Positions 1 to 9,707 of a stretch of DNA of 64,000 bases are shown piece by piece. The number at the start of each line of letters is the position of its first letter. Within the stretch, counting starts at the first letter, position 1. A program made the position numbers and the translations under genes. The stretch comes from a virus (taxonomy: Duplodnaviria > Caudoviricetes). The notes beneath the pieces were generated by a model. The model was not told the origin of the DNA. It made no database searches and worked only from the letters and a program-made list of their open reading frames with translations. Location of the stretch: positions 13,730 to 77,729 of IMG/VR virus record IMGVR_UViG_3300037541_000451, one strand, 5' to 3'.

Positions 1-3000
1 ATTTTTAAACCAGTATAGATACCGCCAATAGCAGTAGGTTCGAAAGCCTCTTGTAAAGCTTTTAGTATATTAGTCTTAAAGTAAGTAAAAACAGCATCTT
101 TAGTGCCTGTTCTTTTTTCAAATTCAGTCGATAAATTTTTTAAAGCAATATAAATACCTTCATTTAAAATATCTGTCCAAGCTTTTTTGACTTGTTCGTC
201 AAAAGTAATTGAAGTAACAACAGCTTGACCTTTTTTCGCAGCGTCGGCTGTAGTTTGACCGCCCATTTCGCTTGTCGTAGTAGGTCCACCGGGCCTGTTT
301 GGACGATTGAATCCAAAAAAGTCCATTTGTCGTATTCTTTCCTTCCAGGATTCTGGTAAAAGTTTAAATAACTCGAATCCAGAATACAACGCAGCAGCGA
401 GTAATACACCACCAGCTGCTATTGGACCTAAAAAAGCTGCTACTATACCAGCGCCTCTTATTGCAAGTCCGAGAGCACTAGATAATAATTTACCTATACC
501 AGATAATGCCGCAATAAATCCGAACCCAATTGCCGCGCCAATGCCTGAACCAACTGCTTGAGTAGCCATTGAACTAGCGATAACAACTCCGACACGTTGC
601 CATGCAGGGGCATCTGTCATACCTCTTGCAATTTCAACGCCAACTTGGAAGCCAGCAAAACCACCTATTGTTCCACCGATACCTGCTGAGGTACTAACAA
701 CACCCTGTCTAAAAACGGTCCCTTGCTGTGCAAGTCTATTTCTAAGCTCTGTGATACGACCCGTAGATTCTGTTATATTCTGTTGTAAATTGGTTATTGC
801 ATTTCGTGTATTCTGCCTAGCTTGTACATCTAATTGACGTCCAGCATTTATTTGTTTTAACAAATTAGCTGTTTGCTGTGTGCCAAAAGCTTGAGTATCA
901 CGTGTTCTAACAGCTAAAACAGCTCTTTGATAACCCACTAAATTACCATTTAAATCGCGCATTTGCGCTAGTGTTTGTATTCTATTTATTCTCTCTTGGT
1001 TTCTCAAATTTTGATCAGCACGAGCTCTAACATTAGTTTCTGCAATAGATCTATTTAAATTATTAACGCTTCTTTCAAGAATTCTAGCTTGTATTCCACT
1101 CACAGTAGTCTCAGCTATTGTTGTAGGAGCTGTTAAGGCGCCAGTCGCGACTCGGCCTAAGTATTCTCTACCCGCTTTAAACAATAGTGCAGTTTTTGCT
1201 AGTAAAGTGATAAGCCCAAAAGGATCATTTAAAACATTACCGGAAAATATTGCCGAAATACCTTTTTCAAGAACACTTAATACTTTGAATATACCGGACA
1301 AGAATGACTCTGTAATTAGTTTTGGATCAATCGATCTAGCCGCATAAATTGCTGCTGCACTAGTTGCCAAACTAAAAACAATAGTTTTTACTGTAGGGTT
1401 ATTAAATGCACTGGTAAGTGCAAATGTAAATAAGCCGGCGATAAGAGTAAATACAGGCACTCTTAAATTTTCTGGGAGAATATCAAGCACAGAATCCATA
1501 GTGCCATACTTAGGTACTTCTATTTTAGGTACTTGGGTTGCTTGAGTTTTCTGAACTCCAAATATAACTCGGATATTGTCTAATATTTTATTAAAATCTA
1601 AAAACTTTTTAGTATTTTCTGAAATCTTTTTCAGAATATCATTCGAATGTTTCGAAACAGTCTCACTAGCCTCAGATATTTTAGCATCTATATTTAATTT
1701 AGTAATGCCTTTTGAATCTGTAAAAGATAGAAGACCCAACACACCAGCTAACGTTCCAGCGATACCTAAAACACTTAATAAAACGCCTTTATATTTTAAC
1801 AAACCTGCTAATGCAATCGTAAACGGTAGTGTAGACTTTAAATTAGCAAATTGTAAATTAGCTTTAGTTACAAATTCTTTTATGATATCTAACGGCTTTT
1901 TCGTAAGTTGACTTAACCACGCGGTAGTTTGCTTTACTAAGTCTGGTATCCAAGAGTTTCCAATAACTTTATCATAAAGCCAATAAAACCATCTTTCAAC
2001 TTTAATTACCCAAGACTTTACCGTGTTTAAAGCAGATTCTAGACTTGGAAAAATATTATTTACATCAATTTTAGGAAGTTTTATATATAATTTTTCAAAA
2101 ATATTAATTAAATTATTCTTTACATTCGTAAAAATTGTATTGATAAAAACTATTGCAGCGCCTAATAAAGGCAACAAGTTTGAAAATAATTTTTCGAATG
2201 AATTTCCAACAATATCTTTCAGTTTCAAAAATTCATCTTGTAAATTATATAGCCCAATTAAAGTAGCCAATGCAAAAGACTTAAATTCTAACTTTAATTT
2301 TAAAAACAGAAAATCAATATTAGAACTTAATTCAAATATATTTACTGCAATATTATTTATAAATTTAGAAAATGAATTGCTTGAGCCTAATAAAGAAACT
2401 TTTATTTCATCAAACAGTATTGAAAAAGAAGTTTTGAGATTACCAATCGCAGAAGCAAATGTAATGTTAACTTTTCCAAATTGCTTTTCAATGTCTGCTT
2501 GTCTTTTAATAACAGCTTGAAAAACCTTAGATGCGGAAAGCTGGCCTTGCTCCCCTAATTCTCTAAGTTTTCCAATACTAACATTTAACCCTTTTGCAAT
2601 CTCATTTGCAAGCGGAGGTGCATTTTCTAATATAGATCTCAGTTCATCCCCAGCAAGTCTACCGGATGCAAGTGCTTGGCCTAGCTGCATTATTGCAGCG
2701 TTAGTTTCCTGAAGACTTCCACCAGAAGTCGCTACAGATTGTGAAACTAATCTCGTAAACTTAACTACATCTGCTTGACCTATACCTAACTCTTTGCTTG
2801 ATCTTGCAACTTTAGAATATAAGCTTGCTATACTACTAAGATCAGATCTAGTTGATATTGCAATTGATTTTACATCTTTTAGTGATTTATTAAATTCTTC
2901 TTGTGAATCAGTTACGAGTTGAATCTTAGTTCTAATATTGGTCAGTTCGTCAGAAAGCCTAATTAAACCGCCACCTGCACTTAATGCTGCAAACGTACCA

Positions 3001-3140
3001 GCAATTACTTTTGCAAAATTTGAAAATTTGCTTGTAGTATTTTCTATACTAGACTGTATACTTTCTACAGAATCTTTCAATTTCTTCAGATCAGCTTGCG
3101 CTTGCTTACTATCTGATCTGGTTTCAACTAACAACGCCAT
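1..3140 (-). CDS. Tail tape measure protein (3' end runs off the window)
   Basis: Absent from the ORF track because no stop lies in the window. Starts MALLVETRSDSK after GAGG; contains the tape-measure motif AAIMQLGQALASGRLAGDELRSILENAPPLA. Frame spot-checked open at 1861-1919 and 1-59. Confidence 0.92.
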   Translation of the reverse strand, partial: MALLVETRSDSKQAQADLKKLKDSVESIQSSIENTTSKFSNFAKVIAGTFAALSAGGGLIRLSDELTNIRTKIQLVTDSQEEFNKSLKDVKSIAISTRSDLSSIASLYSKVARSSKELGIGQADVVKFTRLVSQSVATSGGSLQETNAAIMQLGQALASGRLAGDELRSILENAPPLANEIAKGLNVSIGKLRELGEQGQLSASKVFQAVIKRQADIEKQFGKVNITFASAIGNLKTSFSILFDEIKVSLLGSSNSFSKFINNIAVNIFELSSNIDFLFLKLKLEFKSFALATLIGLYNLQDEFLKLKDIVGNSFEKLFSNLLPLLGAAIVFINTIFTNVKNNLINIFEKLYIKLPKIDVNNIFPSLESALNTVKSWVIKVERWFYWLYDKVIGNSWIPDLVKQTTAWLSQLTKKPLDIIKEFVTKANLQFANLKSTLPFTIALAGLLKYKGVLLSVLGIAGTLAGVLGLLSFTDSKGITKLNIDAKISEASETVSKHSNDILKKISENTKKFLDFNKILDNIRVIFGVQKTQATQVPKIEVPKYGTMDSVLDILPENLRVPVFTLIAGLFTFALTSAFNNPTVKTIVFSLATSAAAIYAARSIDPKLITESFLSGIFKVLSVLEKGISAIFSGNVLNDPFGLITLLAKTALLFKAGREYLGRVATGALTAPTTIAETTVSGIQARILERSVNNLNRSIAETNVRARADQNLRNQERINRIQTLAQMRDLNGNLVGYQRAVLAVRTRDTQAFGTQQTANLLKQINAGRQLDVQARQNTRNAITNLQQNITESTGRITELRNRLAQQGTVFRQGVVSTSAGIGGTIGGFAGFQVGVEIARGMTDAPAWQRVGVVIASSMATQAVGSGIGAAIGFGFIAALSGIGKLLSSALGLAIRGAGIVAAFLGPIAAGGVLLAAALYSGFELFKLLPESWKERIRQMDFFGFNRPNRPGGPTTTSEMGGQTTADAAKKGQAVVTSITFDEQVKKAWTDILNEGIYIALKNLSTEFEKRTGTKDAVFTYFKTNILKALQEAFEPTAIGGIYTGLK

Positions 3141-3159
3141 TGTTTACCTCAATAAAAAA

Positions 3160-3185
3160 CCCAGAGTCCTTATTAGGACTCTGGG
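3160..3185 (-). terminator. Intrinsic terminator/attenuator upstream of tape measure gene
   Basis: 11-bp perfect stem CCCAGAGTCCT/AGGACTCTGGG followed by T6 on the minus strand. Confidence 0.8.
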
Positions 3186-3192
3186 TATAACC

Positions 3193-3516
3193 TTACGGTT
3201 TCTCCTGAACAATTGTTCCGAGTGGTTTTCCATATTTTAATGCTGTAGTTTCGATGAATCTTGCAGGAGCTTGCGTAGAAGTTCCTTCATTTAAATAATT
3301 TATATAAGGAGCATCATTAACTATTTCAGATTTATCTTTAAAATGCTGAATACTCCAACTAGATCTTGCAAATCCAGTATCAATAGGGGTAACTTCAATT
3401 AAATCTGATTTTAATTTTTCGGATTCTTGTGCTCGGTTTTTTTCAATTAAATTTAAAGAATCTCTATTTAATTTATCAAACACTGAATTTGTATTTTTAA
3501 TAGAAATTTTTAACAT
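3193..3516 (-). CDS. Tail completion/neck protein (HK97 gp10-like)
   Basis: TPIDTGFARSSW ... NDAPYINYLNEGTS motif; position in tail operon. Confidence 0.75.
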   Translation of the reverse strand: MLKISIKNTNSVFDKLNRDSLNLIEKNRAQESEKLKSDLIEVTPIDTGFARSSWSIQHFKDKSEIVNDAPYINYLNEGTSTQAPARFIETTALKYGKPLGTIVQEKP

Positions 3517-3843
3517 TTAGAATTCCAAAAGTTTTCCACTTTTAGAAGACATTAATTTATTTAATAAAGCCGAACCTGCTAGATTTGCACCAACTGTTTC
3601 GTTTTTCTTACTAAATACAGCAGACAAGCTAGGAAAGATTTCAGTAGGCGATCTTTTATCACCAAAAGTTTTCATTACGTATGCCGTACGTAAATCAGAA
3701 CGCCATTCATAAGGTCTGTTCTCAAAATAGTTAACCCACTTTAAAAACTCGTCATACGGCATTTCTTGAGTGAGCTGATAGACAGGGATCCTCAACGAAA
3801 AAGCAATCTCATAAAGCAATTGCTCTTCCGTTGACAGAATTAC
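3517..3843 (-). CDS. Tail assembly chaperone, frameshifted C-terminal (T) segment
   Basis: The -1 frame from the GGGAAAG site reads VILSTEEQLLYEIAF..., continuous with ORF 3517..3819. Confidence 0.8.
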   Translation of the reverse strand, partial: VILSTEEQLLYEIAFSLRIPVYQLTQEMPYDEFLKWVNYFENRPYEWRSDLRTAYVMKTFGDKRSPTEIFPSLSAVFSKKNETVGANLAGSALLNKLMSSKSGKLLEF

Positions 3844-4145
3844 TTTCCCTGTTCAGCCACCATTCCTGAAAACTTCATTACTTCCTGCGAAAGCTTCGTC
3901 AATTCATCCATCGGAAATGTTGAGAAATCTTCATCAGAAAGCTCTGATGCACCTACAACAGACAGCCTGATAACTTTCTTAAGAATTTCAAAGCCAGAAT
4001 CATCATCCTCTTTTACATTCTTTGCGTCAGCTTGAATCTGCAAGACTTCCGAAACTGTTAGCTTACAGATCTTAATGTCTTGACCCATAAACTTTACAGA
4101 GCGATCTATACGACGCCCAACTAAGCTTTTAATGCCTTCAGCCAT
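3840..4145 (-). CDS. Tail assembly chaperone (G)
   Basis: 101 aa, ends CAG GGA AAG TAA; lies between major tail and tape measure genes. Confidence 0.8.
   Translation of the reverse strand: MAEGIKSLVGRRIDRSVKFMGQDIKICKLTVSEVLQIQADAKNVKEDDDSGFEILKKVIRLSVVGASELSDEDFSTFPMDELTKLSQEVMKFSGMVAEQGK
3843..3849 (-). promoter_or_regulatory. Programmed -1 ribosomal frameshift site GGGAAAG
   Basis: Same heptamer as lambda G/GT, directly before the stop; the -1 frame is open, giving a ~209 aa fusion. Confidence 0.85.
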
Positions 4146-4379
4146 TTAAATATCCTTAAACTCTTCTGAATTTTTAGCTTGAAAATCATCAAGCTGTTTA
4201 CGCATTGTGTGCAAAAATGCTAAGGTCTTGAAAACTTCCTGTGACTTTTCAGGATTACCTTCGAATTCTGCAACACGCTCAAATGTTTTTCTTATACTAA
4301 TATCTATGCTTTTTCGCATGTGTTTGGCAGTTGTCCTTAGGACATAGCCCATACTAAAAGGTTTTTCGATTGTTACCAT
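4146..4379 (-). CDS. Hypothetical protein in tail operon
   Basis: 77 aa, AAGGA SD, abuts next gene. Confidence 0.7.
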   Translation of the reverse strand: MVTIEKPFSMGYVLRTTAKHMRKSIDISIRKTFERVAEFEGNPEKSQEVFKTLAFLHTMRKQLDDFQAKNSEEFKDI

Positions 4380-4486
4380 ATGATCCTTTAATTAAGGGAC
4401 ATCTCCGCACGGCTATTTCAGTTACTACGTGCTGGTGGGAGATTATTTAAGTATTCTTCACCAAGGAATACTCCCTTATAAAGTTA

Positions 4487-5068
4487 TTAAGCTGGATCGC
4501 TCGTAAATGCCCCGTAAAAGTCAGTCTGAGTAGAAAGAGTTAAAGTAGCAGTAATAGCATCAGTCAACTGAGGATTAACTACGAGAGCTTCGATACGTCC
4601 AATCCAGAACCACTGAGAATTGGCAACAGCACCAAGGCCGGCGGCATTTGAGTTATATGTCGCAGGCTTGTCGTTTAAGAGAGTAAATCGGAAAGCATAC
4701 TGAGTATTCTTACCGACTAAGTTACCTAAGTAGTTAGCTGCATCTCGCCACTCTGAAGGGACGTAGTTTAATGTAATTTCAATCGTAGGCGCATCGGCCT
4801 GACCTTGCACTTGTACTGAGATGTCTTGACCATAAACAGGCACATTGACGATATTAGCAGGTGTACCCAGAGAAGGAAACTCTCGAACGTTTTTAATACG
4901 TCTGTATTCACCTGTTGCCGATGTTACAGCAGAGCCTAAAGCAAGCTCAGTGGTAAACAGAGCAGACCATGCTGTAAAATCCGCAGGAATGCTGGCAGAA
5001 CTAACGCTTTCAACCGAAAACGCTAAATCAGAATAAACGCCAGCACTAATTGCCGCTAAGTGTGTCAT
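4487..5068 (-). CDS. Major tail (tube) protein
   Basis: IKNVREFPSLGTPANIVNVPVYG...QGQADAPTIEITLNY tail-tube-like motifs; position. Confidence 0.85.
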   Translation of the reverse strand: MTHLAAISAGVYSDLAFSVESVSSASIPADFTAWSALFTTELALGSAVTSATGEYRRIKNVREFPSLGTPANIVNVPVYGQDISVQVQGQADAPTIEITLNYVPSEWRDAANYLGNLVGKNTQYAFRFTLLNDKPATYNSNAAGLGAVANSQWFWIGRIEALVVNPQLTDAITATLTLSTQTDFYGAFTSDPA

Positions 5069-5499
5069 TACATGACTCCATAGTAATTGAACGGTATACT
5101 GTAGACAGATCTGTATAATGCAGGATTTACAGCATCATTACCACGTGGCTGTAATGTACTGCTTAAAAACTGTGTTAAAGTACCTTCAACAGTTTTTATA
5201 CTTTTACCTACAAGATACTGATCCAATTTGTCTGCAATAAGTGCTGTTCGTGCTGAACCATCACCTGCAGATGTAAAAATATCTATGATTAATAATCCTG
5301 AAACTGATTGCAGATTTACGCTAGAATTTCCTGCAACCACTGAAATTCTTATAAACTCGTTTCCTTGATTTGTACTAGTAAAGTTAGCTGGAAAGGTCTT
5401 TATATTTTCAGCTTTCCATGCATTACTGCCAAATATCGAGTACACATCATCTTGTAAATTTTTAAATTTACCCATTTTAGGCCTCTGAGTATATTTCAA
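5068..5499 (-). CDS. Probable tail terminator protein
   Basis: Size and position before major tail; GLLIIDIFT..GDG motif. Confidence 0.6.
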   Translation of the reverse strand: MKYTQRPKMGKFKNLQDDVYSIFGSNAWKAENIKTFPANFTSTNQGNEFIRISVVAGNSSVNLQSVSGLLIIDIFTSAGDGSARTALIADKLDQYLVGKSIKTVEGTLTQFLSSTLQPRGNDAVNPALYRSVYSIPFNYYGVM

Positions 5500-5848
5500 G
5501 AATTAAAATAAAACCATCATTCTTTTGTATTTGAGATATATTCCAAGTCTTAGATTCTAAAAGTACAGTTGAATAGCTATTTAAATCTCCAACATCTTTA
5601 GACTTTACTAACATCTTTTTATTGATCGTATTACGATCTTTTGAATTCTTTTTAGTAGATACTACTACACATTTAGCAGAAACGTTTGCCGTGCTGCCAA
5701 AGCTTGTAGCACTAGTAGTAAAATTAAAATCAGGGTTAGTCTTTTTAACAAAAGTTACATCAACAGCTAAATCTTTTAGATTTGTAAAAGATTTAACTAA
5801 TACATTATCGATTAATGTTTTATAAGACATTAATTTGCTCTCCACCAA
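5477..5848 (-). CDS. Probable head closure/stopper protein
   Basis: Position and size; real start probably MSYK. Confidence 0.55.
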   Translation of the reverse strand: MVESKLMSYKTLIDNVLVKSFTNLKDLAVDVTFVKKTNPDFNFTTSATSFGSTANVSAKCVVVSTKKNSKDRNTINKKMLVKSKDVGDLNSYSTVLLESKTWNISQIQKNDGFILILEIYSEA

Positions 5849-6309
5849 AGATTAGCACCGCTATTTACTCTGAGAGGGGCAATTAAATCACGAATAAATG
5901 ATGGTATTTTATTAGCTGATAAGACGTTTGTTAGATTTACTTCGCCAATGGATATATTTTTTACAAGACCAGTGTCGTCTAGCAAGCCATCGTTATTTAA
6001 CAGATGATAAGCTAACTCATAAGTTGCTGTTGAAATACGGCTCGGAATTACTGCACTGTTAAGTTCAACAGTTCTCCCGAGCCGAGGGTCAAAGTAACTT
6101 CCCAGTCGCGGAAACGCGAGTGTTTGAGAATCACTTACAGCAACTCCAATCCAACTTAAATTATCTAGCATTGACGTGGCTGTGACAAGTGCTTGAGACT
6201 TTTGAGTGTCATTCGCAGAAGTCCACGCAGCTACGTCAATTCTGTCTAAAAAGTATGAATTAGCTTCTTTAAGAGTAACGTAGGAGTTGACTCCTTTGGT
6301 AAGTGCCAT
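5830..6309 (-). CDS. Head-tail adaptor (DnaT-like domain family)
   Basis: NSYVTLKEANSYF...ALVTAT..LD...W.G....Q.LAFPR motif; follows capsid gene. Confidence 0.75.
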   Translation of the reverse strand: MALTKGVNSYVTLKEANSYFLDRIDVAAWTSANDTQKSQALVTATSMLDNLSWIGVAVSDSQTLAFPRLGSYFDPRLGRTVELNSAVIPSRISTATYELAYHLLNNDGLLDDTGLVKNISIGEVNLTNVLSANKIPSFIRDLIAPLRVNSGANLWWRAN

Positions 6310-6326
6310 AAGTGATCTCCATTAGA

Positions 6327-7514
6327 TTAGGAATGGAATACCGGCAGGATACCTAAGGAAAGCGCCGATGTAGCCTTACGAGCCCAAGTGCCGGAAGTAG
6401 ATGCCAAGGTAGCTGATGCTACAGCGGTAAGAGCCTTTAAATCAGAACCTTCTTGGACCTTCAGATAGTCAGCGTCAGCAGGGAATGCATCTTGCGAACC
6501 AGACCAGTTGTAACCGGCGGGATGCAGCACATAGCCCCAACGATACCACACTGAAGTCGTACCACCACCCTTATAAGCAGCAGCCTTGCGCTCAATTTCG
6601 ACAGAATCAGGAACCATGAGAGGCTCCATTGCGAGCGAACCCGGAAGAACAATGAAAGAAGTCTTTGTACCAACAATATCAACACCAGCACCAGTATTCA
6701 GCTTTGTGAGCTCAGCTGTGCTAAAACCTTGTGAAGCTCTTGTTTGAATAAGTCTAAACTTACCCTGGAAGATGGTATTGAAAGTCACATTACCATCAAC
6801 AACAGTGGTGCTATCAACAAGATTGGCTGAACGAAGTGAAGCAACAGTTTCCGGCGAGCAGATCAGATAGGCAAACTCAGGCTCATAGTCCTTGTAGGCC
6901 ATGCCAAAGGCACGAAGGAAGCCTTCAGCTCGAGCAGCGCCTTGAACTGCAGCAGTAGCGTCGATAACAGGCTTGCTTGAGCCAAGATCCACATAGAAAC
7001 CGTGACGACGGCTTGTAGGATCATTCTCAAAGCTCTGACCGCCAAGACCAGTTTGACCTGAACCAGCAGCGCAACCATTTAAGGCTTCAGAGATAGCAAC
7101 ACCGCGAAGCACCGAAAGGATGGCATTGTGCTCGTCTTGCGCACGTGTTTCACCGAAATCACGGCCAATCTTAGCTAAACCATCGACCTGGGTAACAACT
7201 TGCTGCATGTTAACCTTTGTCGCACCATGCGTACGCACGGTCTTGACATAATTAACGTACTCAGACGAATAAGTCGTACCAGCACCATCACTTGCATCTG
7301 TGAGAGACGCAACGTTGATCGTGGGATTCAAAGGCTTGTACCAACGAACCTGACCAACGAAGGTTTCGGTAGAAGTGTCGATAAGAGGATTGCTACCAAC
7401 GATACCAGTGCCCGAAAGCTTCTTGGCAGTTGTGTAAGCTTCGTCAGAATAGGCGCTAATTGCTTCTTGTAAAACAAAATTGTCGGCACCTGCGACATTA
7501 GTACGAACTGTCAT
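6327..7514 (-). CDS. Major capsid protein
   Basis: 395 aa after scaffold and a phage promoter; higher GC (35/60 at 6901-6960) suggests codon adaptation. Confidence 0.85.
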   Translation of the reverse strand: MTVRTNVAGADNFVLQEAISAYSDEAYTTAKKLSGTGIVGSNPLIDTSTETFVGQVRWYKPLNPTINVASLTDASDGAGTTYSSEYVNYVKTVRTHGATKVNMQQVVTQVDGLAKIGRDFGETRAQDEHNAILSVLRGVAISEALNGCAAGSGQTGLGGQSFENDPTSRRHGFYVDLGSSKPVIDATAAVQGAARAEGFLRAFGMAYKDYEPEFAYLICSPETVASLRSANLVDSTTVVDGNVTFNTIFQGKFRLIQTRASQGFSTAELTKLNTGAGVDIVGTKTSFIVLPGSLAMEPLMVPDSVEIERKAAAYKGGGTTSVWYRWGYVLHPAGYNWSGSQDAFPADADYLKVQEGSDLKALTAVASATLASTSGTWARKATSALSLGILPVFHS

Positions 7515-7524
7515 TTATTTATTC

Positions 7525-8241
7525 CTAACGTTTGGCGAGTCTTCCTTCTCTCGCCATTTTTAAAACTTCGTCCTGTGGTAAAGAAAAGATAGATTTACCT
7601 TCTAGACCACTTGACACACTTTGATTAGGCTTAGCTGGGGAGCCACCAGAACCGCTTGAAATCTTTGGCTTTAAAAGAAATGCATTTTCTTCAGCTTCTG
7701 CAAACTGACGTACAAAATCTCTTAAAGACACGCCAGACTTGTGTCTCCAGATACCTTTGTCGTCTTGTGCGAGCTGTTCTACAATTTCACGATATGCCAT
7801 ATTAAAAGCATTATCATTTTTGAAGGTGTAGCTAGATAACGCACCACGAAGTTCCATGTCACGAGTCAGCTCAATAACACGTTTTTCGTATGCAGCCTTC
7901 TGTGCTCTTTCCTCAGCAAGCTGCATTTCTAAAGCTTCTTTGTGTTTACCTTCTTCCTGAAGGCGCTTTACCTCTTCTTGCTTCCGAAAAGATTCAATTT
8001 CAGCTAACTTTTTTAAAGCTTCGTCACGAGCACCGTAAGCTTTTTCAAGCTTTACCTTAATATCTTTTACAGCGTCTTTGACCTTTTCATCTACAAGCTT
8101 CTTAATCGGTTCTGCAGTTTCATCAGCATTTAAATTTAGATTAGTCTCATTTTCAACTTTGGTTTCGGCACTGCCACCTTCGTTGTTGTTACCATCCAAA
8201 TTTGAATTTTCGCCACTCATTTTTAAATCCTTTGAGTACAA
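7525..8241 (-). CDS. Capsid scaffolding protein
   Basis: Acidic N-terminus, long coiled coil, SSGSGGSP tail; directly upstream of capsid; likely start MSGEN at 8220. Confidence 0.8.
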   Translation of the reverse strand: MYSKDLKMSGENSNLDGNNNEGGSAETKVENETNLNLNADETAEPIKKLVDEKVKDAVKDIKVKLEKAYGARDEALKKLAEIESFRKQEEVKRLQEEGKHKEALEMQLAEERAQKAAYEKRVIELTRDMELRGALSSYTFKNDNAFNMAYREIVEQLAQDDKGIWRHKSGVSLRDFVRQFAEAEENAFLLKPKISSGSGGSPAKPNQSVSSGLEGKSIFSLPQDEVLKMAREGRLAKR

Positions 8242-8301
8242 CTCATTTAGTAGAAATACAATTTCTACCTAAAAAGGTTACACCAAGACGGTGTAGCACC
8301 T

Positions 8302-8320
8302 GGGTTAATTTAACGGGTTT
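8302..8320 (-). promoter_or_regulatory. Phage RNAP promoter candidate, copy 1 (AAACCCGTTAAATTAACCC)
   Basis: One of four near-identical intergenic 19-mers in the same orientation; upstream of scaffold/capsid. Confidence 0.8.
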
Positions 8321-8323
8321 GAG

Positions 8324-9707
8324 TTAGCCGACTCCATACCAGCTAAAATCATTTGAAAAACCATCTGGTATTTTCTTTAGGATATCATCTCTATTTAAAA
8401 TATCAGATTCCTTAAGTACCTTTCCACCTACACGTGACTTTCCTGGAATAGGTATTAACCCTAACTCAATTGCTTCATTTAAATATTTATCATACAGTTC
8501 TTTCGAGAGGCCTCTCGCGCGCATTTCTTCTAGAGTTAAAACAATTACATTATTTTTAAGCATTTCAGCATATAGCTGTCTCAAGCCTTTTCTGGCTTCA
8601 ACCATGTCAGATGCATTCGCGAAGAAAGCATCGTGAATAGTAGAAGTTGGAATTTTATTTTCTTTACCCCATAAATGAAATCTTTTTACAATCACAGCAT
8701 CATTAGAATGGTTTCCGTTAACGGCATAAGCTGTTCTAGCTTTACCTATATCAGCAATATCATTAATCTTTCCAGACTTATTTATAACTTGTTGCCACCA
8801 AGTTGCTTCTGTTTTCTGAGGTATTTGTAAGATATTTGTAGTCCAGTTTCCATATTTGTCCTTGTAAATTAGTTTTTCTTCGAATGTTTGTGTGAAGTTC
8901 TGCTCAATTGTTTTGCCATCAAAGTTTACCCAAGGTACATTAGTCCAACTCTTAGGTAGCTTGTTAGCATATAGCACTTCAAATTCTGTAATAGTCTTTA
9001 ATTCTAAAAACTCTGTTTTTAAATACTTAGCACCTACTCGTCTTGTTTCGGGAGTTTCTACACCATAAATGATTTCACTAAGAGTCCCATTAGGCTTCCA
9101 AAAACCAAACCTTTTTAATATCTTTTCACTAAGTGGCTCACCAGCTTTTAAGCCAAAAAGTTTGCTAACACTATCAGGTAAAACATAACCTTTCTTTTTG
9201 GTGCCTAAAAGCTTAATTTTGCTTATTGTTTTCCAATCAAAATCACTATTTGATGGTTTTGCATTGGCTAAATAATCTTGTGCTAATCTACCGAAGTATC
9301 TGGTAAAATCCTTTAAAATTGGAACTTGTTCACCAAGATACTCACTCATTATTTTTGCGATAGCTTTGAAGTCCTCTGGAGTAATTACTTTATCATAAGA
9401 TTTAGTCATTTTTTCAACAAAGTCACGAGTCTTAGGATCTAAGAAATAAAGTTGTTCTAAGATGTCATCTCCGGGGTCTAAACCTTTATTAAAGATATCT
9501 TTTACATTTTGTCTTAATTGCCGTAATTCTTCTGCTGTTTCTTCGTCAAACTTTTCGTATCTTGCTATTCTAGCAGATATTTCATTTAAAACTTGATCTC
9601 TTTCTGATGCTTTTACTACAAGAACATTTTCTTGTTTGTCAAGTATTTTTGCAAGTTTACCTTCAACATTTAATGCGCCTGTTCTTTCACCAGCGCCATA
9701 GAACGTC
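8324..9707 (-). CDS. MuF-RNA polymerase fusion, exon 2 (motif B end, motif C)
   Basis: Open frame G ACG TTC TAT GGC (TFYG...) runs into ORF 8324..9409; NHSNDA...STIHDAF matches T7 motif C; ends WYGVG. Confidence 0.92.

Noticed and set aside
164-3240. Short ORFs on both strands over the tape measure region (e.g. 307..561, 1576..1911, 2023..2520)
   Set aside because: Shadow frames of the long minus-strand tape measure frame, which the track missed because it has no stop in the window.
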